Positions 38,925 through 48,293 of a DNA stretch of 64,000 nucleotides are shown one piece after another. Location: assembly GCA_017469465.1 (NCBI GenBank), contig JAFUGH010000018.1:31149-95148 (forward strand), in the 5' to 3' direction. Under the pieces are notes generated by a model. It saw only the letters and a program-made list of their open reading frames with translations. It did not search any database and was not told the origin of the DNA. The DNA is from Clostridia bacterium. GTDB taxonomy: Bacteria; Bacillota; Clostridia; TANB77; UBA1234. How positions within the stretch are numbered: the first letter of the stretch is position 1; each line of letters starts with the position of its first letter. Made by a program: the position numbers and the translations under genes.

Positions 38925-40196
38925 TTATATTCTTCTATTCATTCCTGGCAATAATTCTTCCTCTTTTTCCTCTACTACTTCCTCTTCTATTCCATTCTCC
39001 AATGCGTCTCTTAATTGCAATGTCACACTTGCAATTTCTGCATTTTTTCTCATTGTATCATCTATCATTTCATTATTATCAATGCTACTAGTAAGAACAT
39101 TTTTTCCAGTGGTATTATCATCATGCACTGTTTCGTCATCACGTATTTCTCCTGTTAATTGTTCTTCAAATTCATCTGATATATCTTCTATTAGCTGTTG
39201 AGAAGAATCAGAAATTATCTCATTATTTTCCTCTCCTATTTGTTCTTCATTTGATTCCTGTATTATTTCTTCCGCTACATCTTGTATTGGATCATATGGC
39301 ACACCAGCCTCATTCTCTTCATTCAATTCCTCATTAGTCATAGCATCTTGTGCTTTTTCATGAGCAGTCTCAAGCTTTTCTACTATACCACTTATTTCTT
39401 CTTCTTTTAGCATTCCTTTTTCAGCTAATTGTAAAGCTTCTTTTGCAGTAACTACTATGGTTGTATTTTTAGAAAATTCAGATGACACATGTTTCTTTAT
39501 CGCATCAATATCTTTCTGCTTTGTATCACTTTGTTTTTCATCAACTTCAGCCACTTCATTTTCAGCATTAGGTATTGTATCTTCCTCATTTTGAAACAAT
39601 ACATAAGCCTGATCCAAATCTAATTCCGTTGGCAAATCATTTTCGTACTTGACTATTACTTTTTGAAATTCTTCTTTCGAATTTCTTAATTTATACCAAT
39701 CATCCGGTTTATACTGAAAAAAATCTTCTGCAAGTCCTGGACTTTTTACTATCGTCACGGAGTCAGATATTTTTTCCATAAATTCTTCTCTTGTCATTTC
39801 TTTGCCTGCCATTGAACTTCTACTTCCATCATACGGAAGAACCACCACACCTGAAACTACTTCCCAATTATTAAACGTTTTCATTTCTCCATTTACAGTA
39901 TTCATTTCCTCAGACAAATCACTTTGACTATCTACTTTTTGTTGAGCAAGTTCTTCTTCTTGTTTTTTCCTCTCCTCTTCATTTTCTTGAGCTTGTTCAA
40001 AATCGGCACCCGAATTTTGAGCTGTTTCAATAAGCATCTCTTCTAACGCTTGCTCTAATTCTTCTTTTTCATCTTCTAGTTTTGCAATGCTAGCAAAATC
40101 AACAAATCCATCATTCGCTTGCCTTAATAATTCTATTTCTTTATCAATATTTTTAATTTTATCCTCAATTTCTTCTCTTGAGGTTGCTCTATCCAT
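38925..40196 (-). CDS. Hypothetical highly acidic protein, 423 aa
   Basis: Start moved to the ATG at 40196 (AAGGAGG RBS). Very E/D-rich with a short central non-acidic segment. No motif recognised. Confidence 0.65.
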   Translation of the reverse strand: MDRATSREEIEDKIKNIDKEIELLRQANDGFVDFASIAKLEDEKEELEQALEEMLIETAQNSGADFEQAQENEEERKKQEEELAQQKVDSQSDLSEEMNTVNGEMKTFNNWEVVSGVVVLPYDGSRSSMAGKEMTREEFMEKISDSVTIVKSPGLAEDFFQYKPDDWYKLRNSKEEFQKVIVKYENDLPTELDLDQAYVLFQNEEDTIPNAENEVAEVDEKQSDTKQKDIDAIKKHVSSEFSKNTTIVVTAKEALQLAEKGMLKEEEISGIVEKLETAHEKAQDAMTNEELNEENEAGVPYDPIQDVAEEIIQESNEEQIGEENNEIISDSSQQLIEDISDEFEEQLTGEIRDDETVHDDNTTGKNVLTSSIDNNEMIDDTMRKNAEIASVTLQLRDALENGIEEEVVEEKEEELLPGMNRRI

Positions 40197-40296
40197 CACC
40201 CTTTTCCTCCTTTGTTTTCTATATTTTTTATTATATCATTTTGCGTTTTTTAGAGCAATAAAAAAACACCCTATTTAAAATAGAGTGTTTTTTATA

Positions 40297-41628
40297 TTAA
40301 TCTAAAAATCCTTTATAATGTCTTGTTAACATCTGAGATTCAAGTTGTTTAATAGATTCAAGCGCTACACCAACCACAATTAGGATTGCTGTTCCTCCAA
40401 AAGAAATCTTTAAGCCAGCAAATGATGTAAGTATTGGTAGTACTGCAATAATTGCTAGGAATATTGCACCAAACAATGTAATATTATTTAAAATTGAATC
40501 CAAATACTCTTTCGTAGGCTTTCCAGCTCTAACACCTGGAATGAAGCCACCACTTTTTCTAAGATTTTCAGATACTTCATACGTATTGAATGCCATTGCA
40601 ACTGTATAGAAGAATGTGAATGCTACTATCAATGCAAGATAAATTACTATATGAATTAATCCAAATGTCCACATTTCACTAGCTGCTGCACTTGACCAAT
40701 CAATCGATGTAAATGCAAATACTTTATATAATCCAGCCCAAAAACCTGTGCCATTAGCAATATCACTATTTATTAATTGCATAATCATAGCAGGGAATTG
40801 CATAAATGACATTGCAAAGATTACTGGCATAACACTAGCCATGTTAAGTTTCATTGGAATATATGTGCTTTGTCCACCATACATCTTTCTGCCAACAACT
40901 CTCTTTGCATATTGAACACTTACTCTTCTTTCTGCTTCAGTTACCCATACAACACCAGCAACTAGTATAATTGCTCCAATTACAACTGCTATTGCTGTAA
41001 TTAAGCCACCAACACTAAATGCACCATCAACAATAATCAAGCTCCATAAATATCTAACTGTTGAAGGTAATCCTGAAACGATACCTGCAAAAATTAGAAG
41101 CGAAATACCATTGCCTATTCCTCTGCTTGAAATTTGTTCACCAATCCACATTAAAAGTGAAGAACCTGCAGTTAATGATAAAATAAATAAGAATGATGAC
41201 CAACCGCTTGATAAGAAAACTCCTTGTCCTCTATATGTCAAATATAGAGCAAATGCTTCAACTGCAGCAAGTATTACTGCTGTGTATCTTGTATATGCAG
41301 ATATTTTCTTTCTACCATTTTCACCATCTTTAGAAATGTTTTCTAAAGCAGGTATTGCAAATGTTAATAGTTGTATAATAATTGATGCTGTAATATATGG
41401 ACTAATTGACATAGCAAATATTGATAAATTTGAAAATGCTCCACCAGTAATGATGTTAACCGTAGATATTAAACTATTAGTACTTGTAATTTGACTAAGT
41501 AAAGTAGCATCTACACCAGGTGCTGTGATGAATGCACCAAATCTAAATATTGCTAAAAGTAATAGTGTGTATAGGATCTTTTTCCTCAATTCAGGAACTC
41601 TCCAAGCGTTTACAAATGTTTTAAACAC
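40297..41628 (-). CDS. secY: Preprotein translocase subunit SecY
   Basis: 443 aa, 10 TM helices, conserved SecY blocks. Confidence 0.97.
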   Translation of the reverse strand: MFKTFVNAWRVPELRKKILYTLLLLAIFRFGAFITAPGVDATLLSQITSTNSLISTVNIITGGAFSNLSIFAMSISPYITASIIIQLLTFAIPALENISKDGENGRKKISAYTRYTAVILAAVEAFALYLTYRGQGVFLSSGWSSFLFILSLTAGSSLLMWIGEQISSRGIGNGISLLIFAGIVSGLPSTVRYLWSLIIVDGAFSVGGLITAIAVVIGAIILVAGVVWVTEAERRVSVQYAKRVVGRKMYGGQSTYIPMKLNMASVMPVIFAMSFMQFPAMIMQLINSDIANGTGFWAGLYKVFAFTSIDWSSAAASEMWTFGLIHIVIYLALIVAFTFFYTVAMAFNTYEVSENLRKSGGFIPGVRAGKPTKEYLDSILNNITLFGAIFLAIIAVLPILTSFAGLKISFGGTAILIVVGVALESIKQLESQMLTRHYKGFLD

Positions 41629-41629
41629 T

Positions 41630-42070
41630 CTAAATCACCTCTACCTTTCCGCCATTAGCTAGAATTTTAGCCTCAGCGCTTTTCGTTACTCTTGCAGCTT
41701 TAACAGTTAGTTTTTTAGTTAATTCACCGTTACCTAAAACTACTATACCATCGTTAACTTTTCTAATTACACCTGCTTCAAGTAAGCTTTGAGCTGTTAC
41801 TTCTGTGCCATTATCAAGACCTTCAAGCATTGCTAATGTTACTTCTGTATACTCTTTTGCATTTATATTTTTAAATCCTCTCTTAGGAATTCTTCTGAAT
41901 AAAGGCATTTGACCACCTTCAAAACCAGGTCTTACACCACCGCCTGATCTTGCATTTTGTCCTTTATGACCTTTACCAGCTGTTTTTCCAAGTCCAGATC
42001 CAACGCCTCTTCCAATTCTCTTTCTAGATGTTCTAGAACCAACTGCTGGTTTTAACTCATCAAGTTTCAT
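41630..42070 (-). CDS. rplO: 50S ribosomal protein L15
   Basis: Start moved to MKLDELKP (ATG at 42070, GGGAGGTG RBS). Confidence 0.95.
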   Translation of the reverse strand: MKLDELKPAVGSRTSRKRIGRGVGSGLGKTAGKGHKGQNARSGGGVRPGFEGGQMPLFRRIPKRGFKNINAKEYTEVTLAMLEGLDNGTEVTAQSLLEAGVIRKVNDGIVVLGNGELTKKLTVKAARVTKSAEAKILANGGKVEVI

Positions 42071-42108
42071 TATATATTGCACCTCCCTTATTTGGTTTAA
42101 TAATCATA

Positions 42109-42600
42109 TTATAAAATTTCAGAAACTTTTTTGCCTCTTAAATTTGCTACTTGTTCAACAGTTTTTAAACCTTGTAAAGCTTTAATTGTAGCATAAACAG
42201 CATTTCTTGGATTGTTTGAGCCAAGATTTTTCGTTCTGATGTTTTTGTAACCAGCAAGTTCTAGTACTGGTCTAACGCTACCTCCTGAAATTAATCCAGT
42301 ACCTTCAGCAGCTGGTTTTAATAATACTTTACCAGCGCCATAGTGACCGATAATTTCGTGTGGAATTGTTGTGTCAACGATAGCAACTTCTATTAAGTTC
42401 TTTTTTGCATCATCAATTGCTTTTTTGATTGCATCTGGAACTTCAGCAGCTTTACCGTTACCAACACCAACATGACCTTGTTCGTCGCCAACAACAACTA
42501 GAGCGCTGAATCTAAAAGTTCTACCACCTTTAACAACTTTAGCAACTCTATTAATTGTAACAACTTTCTCTTTAAGATCTAGTGTTTGTGCATCTATCAT
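42109..42600 (-). CDS. rpsE: 30S ribosomal protein S5
   Basis: Start moved to MIDAQTL (ATG at 42600, AAGGAG RBS). Confidence 0.95.
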   Translation of the reverse strand: MIDAQTLDLKEKVVTINRVAKVVKGGRTFRFSALVVVGDEQGHVGVGNGKAAEVPDAIKKAIDDAKKNLIEVAIVDTTIPHEIIGHYGAGKVLLKPAAEGTGLISGGSVRPVLELAGYKNIRTKNLGSNNPRNAVYATIKALQGLKTVEQVANLRGKKVSEIL

Positions 42601-42623
42601 TTTATTTGCTCCTTTCAAAAATT

Positions 42624-42983
42624 TTAAAATTCTAATCCAGCGCTTCTTGCAGCTTCTGCTAAAGCTTTTACTTTTCCGTGATATATGTAGCCACCTCTAT
42701 CAAAAACAACTGTTTTAATGCCTGCTTTGATAGCTCTCTTAGCAACTAAATCACCAACCTCTTTAGCAGCTTCAATGTTACTTGCTTTTGTTTTTACTTC
42801 TTTATCTAACGTAGAAGCAGCAACTAAAGTTTTTGCAGCAACATCATCTATGATTTGGGCATAAATACCTTTATTACTTCTAAAAACGCATAGTCTTGGG
42901 CATTCTGCACTGCCACTAATTTTAGTACGAACTCTTTTATGTCTAATTTCTCTTCCAACACTTCTAGGTTCTTTTTTAATCAT
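42624..42983 (-). CDS. rplR: 50S ribosomal protein L18
   Basis: Start moved to MIKKEPR (ATG at 42983, AAGGAG RBS). Confidence 0.95.
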   Translation of the reverse strand: MIKKEPRSVGREIRHKRVRTKISGSAECPRLCVFRSNKGIYAQIIDDVAAKTLVAASTLDKEVKTKASNIEAAKEVGDLVAKRAIKAGIKTVVFDRGGYIYHGKVKALAEAARSAGLEF

Positions 42984-43041
42984 TGTAACTATTCTCCTTT
43001 CCAACTGAAAGTTTCCGACTCTCAATTACTTTTTTGCATGA

Positions 43042-43137
43042 AGAACTGTGTATTCACCGCTACGGCTGTTTCATGCGTAGCGGAGCACAGTGTGCTCCAA
43101 TTCAATTTTCTCATAGTGAACGATGTTCTCCGCTATG
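43042..43137. repeat. Three family-A units (one intact, two degenerate)
   Basis: GAACTGTGTATTCACC-GCTACG-(11 nt)-CGTAGC-GGAGCACAGTGTGCTCC-AA...AT-AGTGAACGATGTTCTCC-GCTATG. Fills the rplF-rplR spacer. Confidence 0.8.
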
Positions 43138-43139
43138 AA

Positions 43140-43676
43140 TTATTTCTTACCTAATTTTCCTTCTTTTCTAATGATTCTCTCACCAACATATTTAATACCT
43201 TTACCTTTATATGGTTCTGGAGGTCTTACTTTTCTAATTTCAGCAGCTAATTGTCCAACTGCTTCTTTATCAGGTCCAGTTACAATAATACTGTTTTGAG
43301 AAGGAGCTTCGATTTTTGTTTCGCCTCTATCTTCAAACTCAACTGTATGAGAAAATCCCATATTCATTACTAGTTTATTTCCTTGTTTTTGTACTCTATA
43401 ACCAACACCATTAACTTCAAGTTCTTTCTTAAAGCCCTCTGTAACACCAATAACCATGTTGTTAACCAAAGTTCTTGTTAAACCTTGAAGAGCATCATCA
43501 TTTTCATCATGCTTTTCAATTGTAATAGTACCAGCATCTTGATTAACTTTCATAGCATTGTGAAGTTTTCTTGTTAAAGTTCCTTTAGGTCCTTTTACCG
43601 TAATAACGTTTTCGTCATCTACTTTTACTTCTACACCAGCTGGAATAGTTATAGGTTTCTTTCCTATTCTTGACAT
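43140..43676 (-). CDS. rplF: 50S ribosomal protein L6
   Basis: 178 aa, conserved L6 sequence. Confidence 0.97.
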   Translation of the reverse strand: MSRIGKKPITIPAGVEVKVDDENVITVKGPKGTLTRKLHNAMKVNQDAGTITIEKHDENDDALQGLTRTLVNNMVIGVTEGFKKELEVNGVGYRVQKQGNKLVMNMGFSHTVEFEDRGETKIEAPSQNSIIVTGPDKEAVGQLAAEIRKVRPPEPYKGKGIKYVGERIIRKEGKLGKK

Positions 43677-43709
43677 TTTATTTCTCCTTTCTTATCAGAA
43701 TCTCTTTGT

Positions 43710-43819
43710 TTAGAAATTAGAAGTTAGAGATTAGAGCTCTCTTTTTCCAATTTCGTAATTTCATTTTATTTTGAGGTACTAAAGGTCTAATCTCTAACCT
43801 CTATCGTCTAATTTCTAGA
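43710..43819. repeat. Long hairpin whose arms are 7-nt-periodic TTAGAnn repeats
   Basis: TTAGAAA TTAGAAG TTAGAGA TTAGAGC (43710..43737) lies opposite the complement of TAGAAAT TAGACGA TAGAGGT TAGAGAT TAGACC (43784..43820). Confidence 0.8.
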
Positions 43820-44215
43820 CTACCAAACAAAAGCTAATACCTCTCCACCAATGCCTTCTTGTCTTGCTTTCTTATCTATCATAATTCCCTTTGATGTAGA
43901 AATTAATGCTATTCCAAGTCCACCAAGAACTTTTGGTAACTCGTCTTTTGTAGCATAAACTCTAAGACCTGGTTTACTAATTCTCTTTAATCCTGCAATA
44001 ACTTTTTGTTTATTTACATATTTTAAAGAAATTCTAATTGTTCCTTGAACACCATCTTCTATTTCTTCATAACCTTTGATATATCCTTCTTCGAACAAAA
44101 TTTCAGCAATTGATTTCTTTAATTTTGAAGCTGGTACATCAACTGTTTCATGTCTTTGTGCATTTGCATTTCTAATTCTTGTAAGCATATCTGCTATTGG
44201 ATCAGTAATGTTCAT
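43820..44215 (-). CDS. rpsH: 30S ribosomal protein S8
   Basis: 131 aa, conserved S8 sequence. Confidence 0.97.
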   Translation of the reverse strand: MNITDPIADMLTRIRNANAQRHETVDVPASKLKKSIAEILFEEGYIKGYEEIEDGVQGTIRISLKYVNKQKVIAGLKRISKPGLRVYATKDELPKVLGGLGIALISTSKGIMIDKKARQEGIGGEVLAFVW

Positions 44216-44247
44216 TTACTTTACTCCTTTCGTTCTAGATTTGAATA

Positions 44248-44339
44248 AACTACGAATTGATATATACAATGTTCGTAGGTGAGCACATTGTGCTCCATCA
44301 TGTTTTATTTTGCTGTGGAGCACACTGTGCTCCGCTACA
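44248..44339. repeat. Family-A tail-to-tail doublet plus a CTACGAA/TTCGTAG hairpin
   Basis: CGTAGG-TGAGCACATTGTGCTCC-AT-(18 nt)-GGAGCACACTGTGCTCC-GCTACA. Confidence 0.85.
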
Positions 44340-44352
44340 ATTTTTGGTTCAA

Positions 44353-44538
44353 TTACCAACTTGCTTTTTTAACACCTGGTATTTGGCCTTTATGAGCTAA
44401 CTCCCTGAAACAAATTCTGCAAATTCCAAACTTACGAATGTATGCATGTGGTCTTCCGCAGATTTTGCATCTGTTATAATATCTTGTTGCATATTTTGGA
44501 GTCAATTTTTGTTTTGCTATCATTGATTTCTTTGCCAT
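44353..44538 (-). CDS. rpsN: 30S ribosomal protein S14 type Z (zinc form)
   Basis: 61 aa. CxxC...CxxC (CKICGRP...CRICFRE). Confidence 0.96.
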   Translation of the reverse strand: MAKKSMIAKQKLTPKYATRYYNRCKICGRPHAYIRKFGICRICFRELAHKGQIPGVKKASW

Positions 44539-44550
44539 GATTTTCCTCCT

Positions 44551-45090
44551 TTACTTTGAAAATGGCATGCCAAGAAGTTCTAATAGTGCTTTTGCTTCTT
44601 CGTCTGTCTTAGCTGTTGTAACAAATATAATATCCATACCTCTGATTTTATCAATTTTATCATATTCAATCTCAGGGAATATTAATTGTTCTTTCACACC
44701 CATAGAATAATTTCCTCTTCCATCAAAAGAATTTGGAGATAATCCTCTAAAATCTCTTACTCTTGGAAGTGCAACATTAAATAATCTTTCAGCAAAATCA
44801 TACATCTTAGTTGATCTTAATGTTACTTTGCAACCAATTTCCATACCTTCTCTAATTTTGAAACCAGCGATTGATTTCTTAGCTTTTGTAGGAACAACTT
44901 TTTGTCCTGTGATGATTTCCAAATCTCTCATAGCATTTTCTAAAGCTTTTGCATTATCTTTTACATCACTTACACCCATGTTAATAACGATTTTTTCAAG
45001 CTTTGGAACTTGCATTACTGATTTATAATTGAATTTTTTCATCATACTTGGAACAACTTCATTTTTATATAATTCTCTTAAATTTGACAT
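44551..45090 (-). CDS. rplE: 50S ribosomal protein L5
   Basis: 179 aa, conserved L5 sequence. Confidence 0.97.
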   Translation of the reverse strand: MSNLRELYKNEVVPSMMKKFNYKSVMQVPKLEKIVINMGVSDVKDNAKALENAMRDLEIITGQKVVPTKAKKSIAGFKIREGMEIGCKVTLRSTKMYDFAERLFNVALPRVRDFRGLSPNSFDGRGNYSMGVKEQLIFPEIEYDKIDKIRGMDIIFVTTAKTDEEAKALLELLGMPFSK

Positions 45091-45108
45091 TTATGATTAC
45101 CTCCTTTC

Positions 45109-45429
45109 CTATTTAATTTCCTCTCCACATTTGCTACAAACTCTAACTTTTGTACCATCTTTCTTTATTTGAACTTTCGTTCTAACACCTTTACCACATT
45201 TTGAGCAGAATACATTTGCTTTGCAAGCATTGATTGCAACCTCAGCTTTTACAATTCCGCCTGCTTCTCCAGCTCTTTTAGGTTTAGTGTGTTTTGTTCT
45301 AACATTTACACCTTCTACAACTACTTTTGAATCTTTTGGTAATACTTGAAGAACTTTACCCTTTTTACCTTTATCGGCACCAGAGTTAATCATTACTGTA
45401 TCACCTTTTTTGATGTGTAGATTATTCAT
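45109..45429 (-). CDS. rplX: 50S ribosomal protein L24 with a C-terminal CxxC...CxxC
   Basis: 106 aa. KOW motif (IKKGDTVMINSGADKGKKGKV) and a C-terminal CSKCGK...CSKCGE. Confidence 0.95.
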   Translation of the reverse strand: MNNLHIKKGDTVMINSGADKGKKGKVLQVLPKDSKVVVEGVNVRTKHTKPKRAGEAGGIVKAEVAINACKANVFCSKCGKGVRTKVQIKKDGTKVRVCSKCGEEIK

Positions 45430-45484
45430 TTATTTTACACCTACCTTTTCTCTTTTCTATATAACAAGAATATTTATCATATTC

Positions 45485-45853
45485 TTATAAAACTTCTGGA
45501 GCCAAAGAGACGATTTTCATGTACTCTTTATCTCTTAATTCTCTCGCAACAGGTCCAAATATACGAGTACCTCTTGGAGTTTTGTCTTCCTTTATAATAA
45601 CGGCTGCATTTTCATCAAATCTGATATGTGATCCATCAGGTCTATGAATACCTTTTTTACTTCTAACGATAACAGCCTTAACAACGTCACCTTTTTTTAC
45701 CATACCTGCAGGAGCAGCGCTTTTAACAGAGGCAACGATAACATCACCAATGTTGGCAAATTTTCTATAAGAACCACCAAGGCATCTGATACACATTAAC
45801 TCTTTAGCACCTGTATTGTCGGCAACTTTTAATATTGTTTGTTGTTGTATCAT
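45485..45853 (-). CDS. rplN: 50S ribosomal protein L14
   Basis: Start moved to MIQQQTIL (ATG at 45853, AAGGAG RBS). Confidence 0.97.
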   Translation of the reverse strand: MIQQQTILKVADNTGAKELMCIRCLGGSYRKFANIGDVIVASVKSAAPAGMVKKGDVVKAVIVRSKKGIHRPDGSHIRFDENAAVIIKEDKTPRGTRIFGPVARELRDKEYMKIVSLAPEVL

Positions 45854-45937
45854 TTTAGTTTCTCCTTTCAATTGAGAAGCAAGAATAGCATCATATTCAC
45901 TATCTCATTACACTACTCAATAAATTTTTTATTTTCT

Positions 45938-45961
45938 ATGGAGCACGCTGTGCTCCGCTAC
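45938..45961. repeat. Single family-A unit
   Basis: ATGGAGCACGCTGTGCTCCGCTAC. Confidence 0.85.
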
Positions 45962-45989
45962 ATTATTTGTTAAGCAAAATTCTTTAACA

Positions 45990-46188
45990 CAATTAAAACT
46001 TTATTTCCACGAACGCATCAAAAATGGTGCATTGCAATATCGTTCTTGCATTCCTAAAAGCGAAGCAAAATCGTTAGATTGCGGAATTTTGGATTGGCTG
46101 AGGCGCGGAGGCGTACATAGGTACGTTGAGCACCGAAGCCATGACAAACATTTCGCAAGATGATGATTTTCATTCGCTTCCCAAAACA
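45990..46188 (-). other. GC-rich, hairpin-rich non-coding insert between rpsQ and rplN (possible structured RNA or decayed element)
   Basis: 13-bp interrupted stem 46058..46072 / 46165..46179 encloses the CGTAC-ATAG-GTACG hairpin (46112..46125) and GAGGCGCGGAGGCG. Composition differs from the flanks. Confidence 0.4.
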
Positions 46189-46446
46189 TTATTTTGCTTT
46201 CTCAACGATACTTTCCACTCTCCATCTCTTATCCTTCGATAGAGGTCTCGTCTCCATAACTCTAACTGTATCGCCAATTCCACATTCATTGTTTTCGTCA
46301 TGTGCTTTAACTTTTAAAGTTCTTTTCATCATTTTACCATACAATGGATGTTTTACTCTTGTTTCAACAGCAACAACTACTGTCTTGTCCATTTTGTCAC
46401 TTATTACTTTTCCAGTTCTTGTTTTTCTAAGTGCTCTTTCTGACAT
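46189..46446 (-). CDS. rpsQ: 30S ribosomal protein S17
   Basis: 85 aa, conserved S17 sequence. Confidence 0.97.
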   Translation of the reverse strand: MSERALRKTRTGKVISDKMDKTVVVAVETRVKHPLYGKMMKRTLKVKAHDENNECGIGDTVRVMETRPLSKDKRWRVESIVEKAK

Positions 46447-46491
46447 TTTCCTTTTCTCCTTTCTTCAGGAATCAATTAATTCTTGTATTGA

Positions 46492-46608
46492 TGGAGCACA
46501 TTGTCCCGTGTATGCTGACACCATAATCGGCACAGCCTCAACGGTCTCATATATGCTCCGCTACGAAGCCACTTTACTATTTCGTAGCGTCGAACAGTGT
46601 TCACCATC
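46492..46608. repeat. Family-A head-to-head doublet whose first palindrome is split by about 50 nt
   Basis: ATGGAGCACATTGT[~50 nt]TGCTCC-GCTACG-(17 nt)-CGTAGC-GTCGAACAGTGTTCACC-AT. Confidence 0.75.
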
Positions 46609-46614
46609 ATTTTT

Positions 46615-46821
46615 TTATTCAGCTGAAGCTTCAGCAATTTCTCTTTCTCTTAAGATTGTTTTAATTTTTGCGATGTCTCTTTTTGTATTTCTGATTTTCA
46701 TCGGATTATCTAGTCCATTTGTAGCTAATTGAAATCTTAATTTAAATAATTCAGATTTTAATTCGCTTAATTCTTTTTCTAAATCCGATGAAGACTTTTC
46801 TCTAATTTCTTTAACCTTCAT
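46615..46821 (-). CDS. rpmC: 50S ribosomal protein L29
   Basis: Start moved to [10 protein letters not shown] (68 aa). The longer ORF-track version overlaps rplP. Confidence 0.93.
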   Translation of the reverse strand: MKVKEIREKSSSDLEKELSELKSELFKLRFQLATNGLDNPMKIRNTKRDIAKIKTILREREIAEASAE

Positions 46822-47251
46822 CGTCTTCACCACCTTCGTTATTAGTAGCAGCAATGAATTTAACTTTAATTGGAAGTTTATGACTTGCAAGTCTGAATGC
46901 TTCTCTAGCAATTTCTTCTGTAACGCCTTCCATTTCAAATAAAACTCTACCTGGTTTAACAACTGCTACATAGTATTCTACACTACCTTTTCCGCTACCC
47001 ATACGAGTTTCAGCAGGCTTTTTAGTGATTGGCTTGTCTGGGAATATTTTAATCCAAACTTTACCACCTCTTTTAATGAAACGAGTCATGGCAATTCTGG
47101 CTGCTTCAATTTGATTTGAAGTAATCCAACCAGCTTCTAATGCTTGAAGTCCATATTGTCCATATGTGATTTCAGTTCCTCTTGTAGCCTTACCTCTATT
47201 TCTACCTTTTTGCATTTTTCTAAATTTAGTTCTTTTTGGCATTAATGGCAT
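46811..47251 (-). CDS. rplP: 50S ribosomal protein L16
   Basis: 146 aa, conserved L16 sequence. Confidence 0.97.
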   Translation of the reverse strand: MPLMPKRTKFRKMQKGRNRGKATRGTEITYGQYGLQALEAGWITSNQIEAARIAMTRFIKRGGKVWIKIFPDKPITKKPAETRMGSGKGSVEYYVAVVKPGRVLFEMEGVTEEIAREAFRLASHKLPIKVKFIAATNNEGGEDDEG

Positions 47252-47907
47252 TATTTTCTACCTCCTTCTACGTTTTTAGTAGGAAGTACCTCACCTTTAT
47301 AAATCCAAACCTTAATACCGATTTTTCCATATGTTGTATCTGCTTCTGCAAATCCATAATCAATATCAGCTCTTAATGTTTGTAGTGGAATTGTACCCTC
47401 TCTATAAAATTCGCTTCTAGCGATTTCAGCTCCACCAAGTCTACCTGAGCAAGCTGTTTTAATACCTTTAGCTCCAGCTTTCATTGCTTTAGCCATACAT
47501 TGTTTCATTGCTTTTCTATAAGAAATTCTTCTTTCCAATTGAGAAGCAATGTTTTCTGCAACTAATTGTGCATCAATATCAGTATTCTTAACTTCTGTAA
47601 TATTAATGTTTACGTCTTTTTTAATTTTCTTAGCAAGATCAGCTCTTACTTTATTAATGTTTTCACCATTTTTTCCAAGTGCAATACCTGGTTTTGCAGT
47701 GTTAACATTTACTCTAATCATATTTGCTTTTCTTTCAATTTCAATTCTTGAAATTCCAGCAACATATAATTTGTTTTTAATAAATTCTCTTATTTTATAA
47801 TCTTCAACTAGATTATCAGCAAAATCTTTTTTGCTTGCATACCATCTAGAATCCCAATCTTTAATAATACCAACTCTTAATCCATGAGGATCCATTTTTT
47901 GTCCCAT
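47251..47907 (-). CDS. rpsC: 30S ribosomal protein S3
   Basis: 218 aa, KH and S3-C domains. Confidence 0.97.
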   Translation of the reverse strand: MGQKMDPHGLRVGIIKDWDSRWYASKKDFADNLVEDYKIREFIKNKLYVAGISRIEIERKANMIRVNVNTAKPGIALGKNGENINKVRADLAKKIKKDVNINITEVKNTDIDAQLVAENIASQLERRISYRKAMKQCMAKAMKAGAKGIKTACSGRLGGAEIARSEFYREGTIPLQTLRADIDYGFAEADTTYGKIGIKVWIYKGEVLPTKNVEGGRK

Positions 47908-47927
47908 TTTTTACTTCCTCCTTTCTC

Positions 47928-48263
47928 TTATTCTCTTTCTTTTAATACAACTTCAATGTGTGAAGTTCTTTTTCTAATTCTATTCGCTCTACCTTGTGTA
48001 GCAGCTCTTATTCTCTTCATTGTTGGACCTTGATTTGCATAAATTTCAGCAACATATAATTTGCTTCTATCCATGCTAAAATTGTTTTCAGCATTAGCAA
48101 TTGCTGATTTTAAAACTTTTTCAACAAGTGGAGATGCTGCTTTAGGTGTAAATTTTAATATAGCTAGTGCCTCTTGAACATCTTTGCCTCTAATTAAATC
48201 GATAACAATTTTAACTTTCATGGCTGATATTCTAGCATATTTATAACTCGCTCTTGCTTCCAT
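47928..48263 (-). CDS. rplV: 50S ribosomal protein L22
   Basis: 111 aa, conserved L22 sequence. Confidence 0.97.
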   Translation of the reverse strand: MEARASYKYARISAMKVKIVIDLIRGKDVQEALAILKFTPKAASPLVEKVLKSAIANAENNFSMDRSKLYVAEIYANQGPTMKRIRAATQGRANRIRKRTSHIEVVLKERE

Positions 48264-48293
48264 GTCGCGATTCTCCTTCCATCTTCATTAATT

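Noticed and set aside
36872-39201. Several 100-170-aa plus-strand ORFs antisense to the secY-adk insert genes (for example 36872..37333, 38256..38777, 38854..39201)
   Set aside because: They are Ser/Phe/Ile-rich low-complexity translations opposite E/K-rich genes, with no RBS. This is typical antisense-frame read-through. The same applies to the other short antisense ORFs throughout the track.
46001-46189. 62-aa minus-strand ORF in the rpsQ-rplN spacer
   Set aside because: It has no RBS, its start abuts the rpsQ stop, and its Cys/Trp-rich composition is unlike any neighbouring protein. The region is better explained as structured non-coding sequence.
46160-46732. 190-aa plus-strand ORF
   Set aside because: It is antisense to rpsQ and rpmC and runs through family-A repeats. 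Its low-complexity hydrophobic translation is typical of antisense frames in AT-rich DNA.
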